Source of the DNA: a virus
Lineage: Duplodnaviria; Caudoviricetes
Virus record (IMG/VR): IMGVR_UViG_3300025087_000689
Strand: one strand, 5' to 3'
DNA: 64,000 bases
Shown here: one piece after another, positions 59,166 through 64,000 of the stretch
Numbering within the stretch: the stretch's first letter is position 1
Layout of the letters: every line of letters begins with the position of its first letter
The notes under the pieces: model-generated
Told to the model about the DNA's origin: nothing
What the model saw: only the letters and a program-made list of their open reading frames with translations
The model's database searches: none
Program-made: the position numbers and the translations under genes

Positions 59166-60452
59166 TTAAGTTAATACTTTTGGATATTTTTTCAAAGACT
59201 TTGCATCTTTGTTCCAAACACAAACGTCTCCTTGTTGATACCAGTCTTCTCCATCTTTTGATACCGGTATACTTTTCATAGCTTGGGGTTTTCTGCTATT
59301 CAATGCCTTCTCCACAGTATCGCAGTCTGGTGGAACGCCTTCAATATGATATATTCCAATGCTAGGATTCAACATTTTTAAATAAGGTCTGCTTCTATCA
59401 CCAAGATTAAGATTCAAAAGTTCATAATTACCAATTTTATCTAAAATAGTTGCTCCTAAATCCTTACAGACTTTTTCTATACCTATTTTCCTTACTATTT
59501 CCCTTCTTATTTCTACATTGGTTTCCTTAAGGATAATATTTGAGTCTAATTTGTCCCAAGCAGTCATAACCAAGTCTTTAGGAACACTAACTCCATTAAG
59601 ATTATATATAGAATACCCATCACTGTATTCTACAGAAGGACCATTTTCACAATGAAGAACATTTCCTTTAAACTTCAAAGTCTTAGGCTTCTGGGAAAGA
59701 AATACAATATCCTTAAATATAAACATATAATGAACATATTCATGTACCTTTTTGAATATTTCCCATCCTTGCATATTATCTATTTTCTGGACTTCACTTA
59801 TCAAATAGTCATAAAAAGAGCAATATCCACTAAAAATATTACCATTCGTACCAAAATATCCTAATAAATAATATTCTAACTTAAGACTGCGAAGCTGACT
59901 GTCAAGCTGACTGTAAAGCTGACTGTCAAGCTGACTGTCAAGCTGACTGTAAAGCTGACTGTAAAGCTGACTGCGAAGCTGACTGTAAAGCTGACTGTAA
60001 AGCTGACTGCGAAGCTGACTGCGAAGCTGACTGTCAAGCTGACTGTCAAGCTGACTGTAAAGCTGACTGTAAAGCTGACTGTAAAGCTGACTGTCAAGCT
60101 GACTGTAAAGCTGACTGTAAAGCTGACTGTAAAGCTGACTGTAAAGCTGACTGTAAAGCTGACTGTCAAGCTGACTGTCAAGCTGACTGTAAAGCTGACT
60201 GTCGATTTTCAAATTCTTAAAGACTGCTTTTACTATATTAATTCCTATATTACAGGCAAAAGGGGAATCTAAAATTATGAATAGTTTTGGTTCAATATTT
60301 AAATACATTTTTAAATAAGGAAGTAAAACTTCTTTAGCCTTATCTAATTCAATAGGATTATATTCTAATCCTATTTTAGTCCACTTATCTATATAAAAAG
60401 GTATTTTGGATTCTTGCATTGGCGTTAGCTTTGTAATCATATAACCTTTCAT
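59166..60452 (-). CDS. DUF6745-like protein with a (Y/D/R)SQL tandem-repeat tract
   Basis: LHCENGPSVEYSDG..NGVSVP..ETNVEIRR. Confidence 0.8.
   Translation of the reverse strand: MKGYMITKLTPMQESKIPFYIDKWTKIGLEYNPIELDKAKEVLLPYLKMYLNIEPKLFIILDSPFACNIGINIVKAVFKNLKIDSQLYSQLDSQLDSQLYSQLYSQLYSQLYSQLYSQLDSQLYSQLYSQLYSQLDSQLDSQLRSQLRSQLYSQLYSQLRSQLYSQLYSQLDSQLDSQLYSQLDSQLRSLKLEYYLLGYFGTNGNIFSGYCSFYDYLISEVQKIDNMQGWEIFKKVHEYVHYMFIFKDIVFLSQKPKTLKFKGNVLHCENGPSVEYSDGYSIYNLNGVSVPKDLVMTAWDKLDSNIILKETNVEIRREIVRKIGIEKVCKDLGATILDKIGNYELLNLNLGDRSRPYLKMLNPSIGIYHIEGVPPDCDTVEKALNSRKPQAMKSIPVSKDGEDWYQQGDVCVWNKDAKSLKKYPKVLT
59892..60203 (-). repeat. 26 x 12-bp in-frame tandem repeat (TAC/GAC/CGC-AGT-CAG-CTT)
   Basis: Read directly; only the first codon varies. 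Confidence 0.97.
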
Positions 60453-60470
60453 GAATTAAAATCATAAATA

Positions 60471-60648
60471 GAGCGTGCTGTTACGCTAAAGGGAAAGGAG
60501 CTTCACCTACTATCCGCAGTCGAACCTAATCACGCTTATTTTCAAAGCTATCGACCAACTCAATAAGACGTTCGTAGAATTTACTACGACAAGGATTTCG
60601 GTGCTTCGTCCCACTCATTAAGGATGGCTGCTTCTAAGCCAACCACTC
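60471..60648 (-). ncRNA. Candidate ncRNA mimicking the 23S rRNA GTPase-associated centre (H42-H44)
   Basis: GAGTG-GTTGGCTTAGAAGCAGCCATCC-TTAATGA-[~120 nt]-AGCGTAACAGC-A-CGCTC. Confidence 0.75.
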
Positions 60649-60658
60649 AATCCAAAAC

Positions 60659-60832
60659 TTATTTTTCGGCTATAATAGAAGATGATATCTCATTTGGTTT
60701 CTTACCATAATTCTTCTCGACAAATTCAAAGGCTGTCTTGTTCACGTCAGAACAGAACTTCTCATCAGCAGTGAACTTACCTTTGATGTTAGTCTTGTCG
60801 ATCTTACCAATGTACTCGATTTGCTTTAACAT
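60659..60832 (-). CDS. Small hypothetical protein (57 aa, not in the ORF track)
   Basis: GGAGG SD, MLKQIEYIGKIDKTNIKG.. Confidence 0.6.
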   Translation of the reverse strand: MLKQIEYIGKIDKTNIKGKFTADEKFCSDVNKTAFEFVEKNYGKKPNEISSSIIAEK

Positions 60833-60841
60833 ATTGTCCTC

Positions 60842-61141
60842 CTAATGTCCATACCTATTATATATGGGTTGTTGAGTTGGTATTGTTCGCGAATTTAAAA
60901 GACTATCAAGTGTATGAACTAGTCGTATTTGACAGTATTTGCAGTTACCCTTGTGAACAAGGAATTGTATTTCTGAGAAACTAGCTGGACCAATGTACTC
61001 ACAACCTTCTATCTCAAATATCCAAAGATTTTGGGTATTATCGCAGTTTGTCACTTGTTCTTCAAGTTTGTAAGACTTGATTAGCTCATGATCAGCTGCA
61101 CAGACTAAGATGCATAGTAACAGAATGATTCTAATCATCAT
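60842..61141 (-). CDS. Secreted/signal-peptide hypothetical protein
   Basis: IEGCEYI..HKGNCKYC. Confidence 0.65.
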   Translation of the reverse strand: MMIRIILLLCILVCAADHELIKSYKLEEQVTNCDNTQNLWIFEIEGCEYIGPASFSEIQFLVHKGNCKYCQIRLVHTLDSLLNSRTIPTQQPIYNRYGH

Positions 61142-62811
61142 TGTTCTCCTAATAGTTCAAGTATTGGACCTTCGGATTTTTCAAAATGTACTGAATCGAA
61201 CACTGGTCCGTGGATGCTACCACTATCCGTTATGTGGTGTCCTTTAATCTTGATAATTGAATCATTATTAATGACTTCATCAATGTTTTTAGCAAACCAC
61301 TTACGCTCATAGTCGGTGAATCCAGATCCAACATCTGTGTTACCAAGACCATCTATCTTACAGTGTAATGCACCAATCCTGGTCTTATCGATTTTACTAG
61401 ACTTGGTTTCTAGTGGTTCCCATCCCACGATTTTACAATCATAGAAGTCAGTCTTCTTGATTTTCCACCATGCTTGTGCTTCAGGATTAAACTGTGGATC
61501 AGGAGTTACTTCATCAAGAAGTTTTATTACTAGACCTTCACCCCTACGTTTTTCGACCACAGCCTTCCATCCATTTCTAACCGAGTCAAACTGCTCGGGA
61601 ACATACACGTAAGTATGGTTGTCAGCGATCTTTGCCATGATTTTATGCTTCTCACGGTAGGTAAGAGATTTGGCCGATCTGCCATTAACCTTTGCAAGAT
61701 CATAAATAACGATGGCTGATTGCCCTTTCTGAATTTGTTGTTCTGAACGAGAACGCAGTGGATTTGATATGAGTGAGAATTTGGCCAATAGATGTGGATG
61801 CTCAAATCCGTAGTCTTTAAATACTTGCCCACGCGTAATTCTGCGTCCAGGAACATAGATGAGTTCACCCCGAGCAATCGTCCCGTGAAATTCTGAGTGG
61901 ATATCATCTCTAATGTCTGGGAACTTATCTTGGAGAAATATTGTACTTTCACGTTTGCCTTCTCTCCACGAGTAGATTTGGTTACCACTTTTGTCGAATC
62001 TGATGAGATTGGCTGCACCATCGATTTTTGCCTCGATAATATAGGCTTGGTTATTTTCCTTAAGTTTCTTTTCGAGATCAAATGCTTTAGGTGGGACATC
62101 TCTTCCCGTGGTACCAGCAATGAGTTTAAACTTGTTCTTACCTTTGATTTGCGGCTCATCATATTTCCTTCGAGAACAGATCCAATTACCTTTTGAATCC
62201 TTTGGATCTATAAGGGCAAAACGACCAGTGATACTCCTGTTTGTGTCAGTTTTATAGATATTGAATAAAATTTCGCCTTTCGAATGGGTTTTGAGTAATT
62301 CAATATCTTCATTGAAGACAACCGTTTGAGTACCTCTACCGTATCCTTCCTGGATAATACCTGACCAGTTGTATCCATATTTACCTTTTGAATGTTGAGG
62401 TTGACGAGCGAATGATGTGCGAACTACATCTCCCTGAGGGAATAGTCTTTCTATTTCTCCTTTGGATACAGCTCCACGAAAGATCTCTATGCCATCTGCA
62501 TCTACAATAGATATGTCATGATGAAGATGTAATGCTTCGTGTCGTTGAATATATAATTTACCAACTCTTGATTTTTTGTTCTCAGGTATTTTATTGAAAT
62601 TATTAAGACGTATTGCTGGTTTATACCTATCTCGTATGAACCGACGAGTACGAGATTTTAACCATGGTTCGACAAAGGTGCTGAATAACTCAGCACCAAT
62701 GTCTACCATAGTGAGAACAACCGCAATCTTCTTACCCATGTGAACAAACAGCTGCTGTTGCTGCGGCAAGTTCAATTGCACGCGGATGAGCAGCCGTTGT
62801 TTCAATCTCAT
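61138..62811 (-). CDS. ATP-dependent ligase with N-terminal LigD phosphoesterase-like domain (true start probably ~62740)
   Basis: QRHEALHLHHD; EAKIDG, RGEL, YDL, EGLVIK, WKIK, VGSGFTD. Confidence 0.82.
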   Translation of the reverse strand: MRLKQRLLIRVQLNLPQQQQLFVHMGKKIAVVLTMVDIGAELFSTFVEPWLKSRTRRFIRDRYKPAIRLNNFNKIPENKKSRVGKLYIQRHEALHLHHDISIVDADGIEIFRGAVSKGEIERLFPQGDVVRTSFARQPQHSKGKYGYNWSGIIQEGYGRGTQTVVFNEDIELLKTHSKGEILFNIYKTDTNRSITGRFALIDPKDSKGNWICSRRKYDEPQIKGKNKFKLIAGTTGRDVPPKAFDLEKKLKENNQAYIIEAKIDGAANLIRFDKSGNQIYSWREGKRESTIFLQDKFPDIRDDIHSEFHGTIARGELIYVPGRRITRGQVFKDYGFEHPHLLAKFSLISNPLRSRSEQQIQKGQSAIVIYDLAKVNGRSAKSLTYREKHKIMAKIADNHTYVYVPEQFDSVRNGWKAVVEKRRGEGLVIKLLDEVTPDPQFNPEAQAWWKIKKTDFYDCKIVGWEPLETKSSKIDKTRIGALHCKIDGLGNTDVGSGFTDYERKWFAKNIDEVINNDSIIKIKGHHITDSGSIHGPVFDSVHFEKSEGPILELLGEQ

Positions 62812-63109
62812 CGGTGTCAGTGGTGTCCAACTGGCAAACGTTCCACAGAACGTTAAAGACTTCCATACCGATTGTGATCGCGGTGAAGATGATTAAGAAG
62901 TACGAGAAGCAAAGAGCAATGAGACCAATCAAAGATGTCATCGCGAACGGAAGCAGGAGCACATCTGCTGCATAAAGACCGAAAATCTCGAATGTGCACA
63001 TTACAAGACCAGCACCGATTACGGCGACAGCCTTGTGAAAATGCCGTTTGAAAAAGTTAAGAGCCATGCTTGGAATCGACTTGATTCCGTTCCAGATTTT
63101 GCGAATCAT
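62732..63109 (-). CDS. Membrane protein
   Basis: Two to three hydrophobic segments. Confidence 0.7.
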   Translation of the reverse strand: MIRKIWNGIKSIPSMALNFFKRHFHKAVAVIGAGLVMCTFEIFGLYAADVLLLPFAMTSLIGLIALCFSYFLIIFTAITIGMEVFNVLWNVCQLDTTDTDEIETTAAHPRAIELAAATAAVCSHG

Positions 63110-63391
63110 AAGATACTCCTACGTTAAGGTTAATTGATATCAAGTACATTAATAACTGTATCTTGTTTCTTCTTCATTGGCTTTGGGAATACAGCTGATA
63201 TTTTTGAAAGTTCAGATATCATAAATTGTAATGCTGCTAAGTTGGTTTCAATTTTATTCGGAGCACATTTGACACAATAACATTTATCAGTAACTGATAA
63301 ATATATTGAACCTTTTGTTACTATCTTATCGCAATTGCCGCAAGTATAATCGTGGGTTGCTTCTGATGAAAGTATTTCTCTTGGAAATATG

Positions 63392-63922
63392 TTAACCATG
63401 GTTCTTCAGCCTTTCATATATATCAGAAAGTAATAACTCCTTGCTCTCAGCCTCTCTGATTTCCTCTTCGACTAGTCTGCGTTCATATGATGATTTGACA
63501 TGGTTAGCGAAACGTAACATTTCTGGCATACCGAGAATACATACTATAATCCAATATGGAGATAATAGTATGAATTCCATTGCGGCGAAAACTATAAACC
63601 CGAATCCAAACTTAAGTATTGGATCGTTAATACCATTGGTAAAGCTTGCAATCACTGCAAACACAGCGAGTTGTGGTAGCATTAGCAGGAGATATCCCGC
63701 GATAAATACAATAGGAATTACAGTCCAAGCTAGTGTATCAATAGCATTGGTAATGTTATGAAGGATGTGACTGAGTATTCCGAGAACAAAATCCTTGATT
63801 GCGTTGAAGATAATCTTGGTTCGTTTCCACATTTGAATCTCGTTTTTTAAAGTATTCTTCTGCGATCTTATATTGTTCTTCAATAGGTAGGTTATTGAAT
63901 AACCTGCACTGCGAGTCAACAA
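63392..63922 (-). CDS. Membrane protein
   Basis: Hydrophobic segments. Confidence 0.6.
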   Translation of the reverse strand: MLTRSAGYSITYLLKNNIRSQKNTLKNEIQMWKRTKIIFNAIKDFVLGILSHILHNITNAIDTLAWTVIPIVFIAGYLLLMLPQLAVFAVIASFTNGINDPILKFGFGFIVFAAMEFILLSPYWIIVCILGMPEMLRFANHVKSSYERRLVEEEIREAESKELLLSDIYERLKNHG

Positions 63923-64000
63923 TGGAATGTTTATTCATAATACTTCTGGTAGGAATGAGACAATCGTATTTCTTGACTTGTCATAGACTACTGTCATAGT

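Noticed and set aside
59876-60181. (TVSF/TVSL)n ORF
   Set aside because: Alternative frame of the 12-bp repeat within the DUF6745-like gene
59892-60203. CRISPR array or DGR variable repeat
   Set aside because: No unique spacers, and the repeat is in-frame coding; no reverse transcriptase or TR/VR pair with A-specific mismatches
60471-60648. Real rRNA gene or host contamination
   Set aside because: Only the H42-H44 domain is present, interrupted and embedded among co-oriented phage genes
35-63761. Most + strand ORFs in the track (e.g. 35-349, 4201-4521, 17727-18140, 24505-24849, 49903-50256)
   Set aside because: Antisense shadows of well-supported minus-strand genes, with no motifs

Overview
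A 64-kb internal segment of a large, AT-rich dsDNA phage (jumbo-phage-like). Nearly all genes are on the minus strand, and no capsid, tail or terminase genes fall in the window. Replication, repair and nucleotide genes: class II RNR (runs off the left edge), family-B DNA polymerase, UvrD, two RecA-family proteins, UDG, a resolvase, SSB, two ATP-dependent DNA ligases, a PurA-like enzyme, NUDIX and a dATP/dGTP diphosphohydrolase. Also present are a ClpA/B-type ATPase and a Ycf46/Ycf35/DUF2997-like AAA module. The translation kit comprises 17 full-length tRNA genes (several atypical or degenerate), one tRNA half-gene, a tmRNA with a long tag, an RNA ligase and an RtcB remnant. Mobile elements are dense: four cis-inteins, a naturally split intein with an intervening endonuclease (RNA ligase), a group I intron with an HNH gene in tRNA-Leu(UAA), and free or remnant HNH genes. 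The best candidates for undescribed biology are non-coding. One is a circularly permuted tRNA-mimic RNA (Y-RNA/YrlA-like architecture) with a hexamer-periodic leader, directly behind a 250-aa helical protein (49.2-50.4 kb). The other is a stand-alone mimic of the 23S rRNA GTPase-associated centre (H42-H44) with a ~120-nt insertion, upstream of a tandem-repeat protein (60.5 kb). Family names come from motif recognition by eye; no searches were run.
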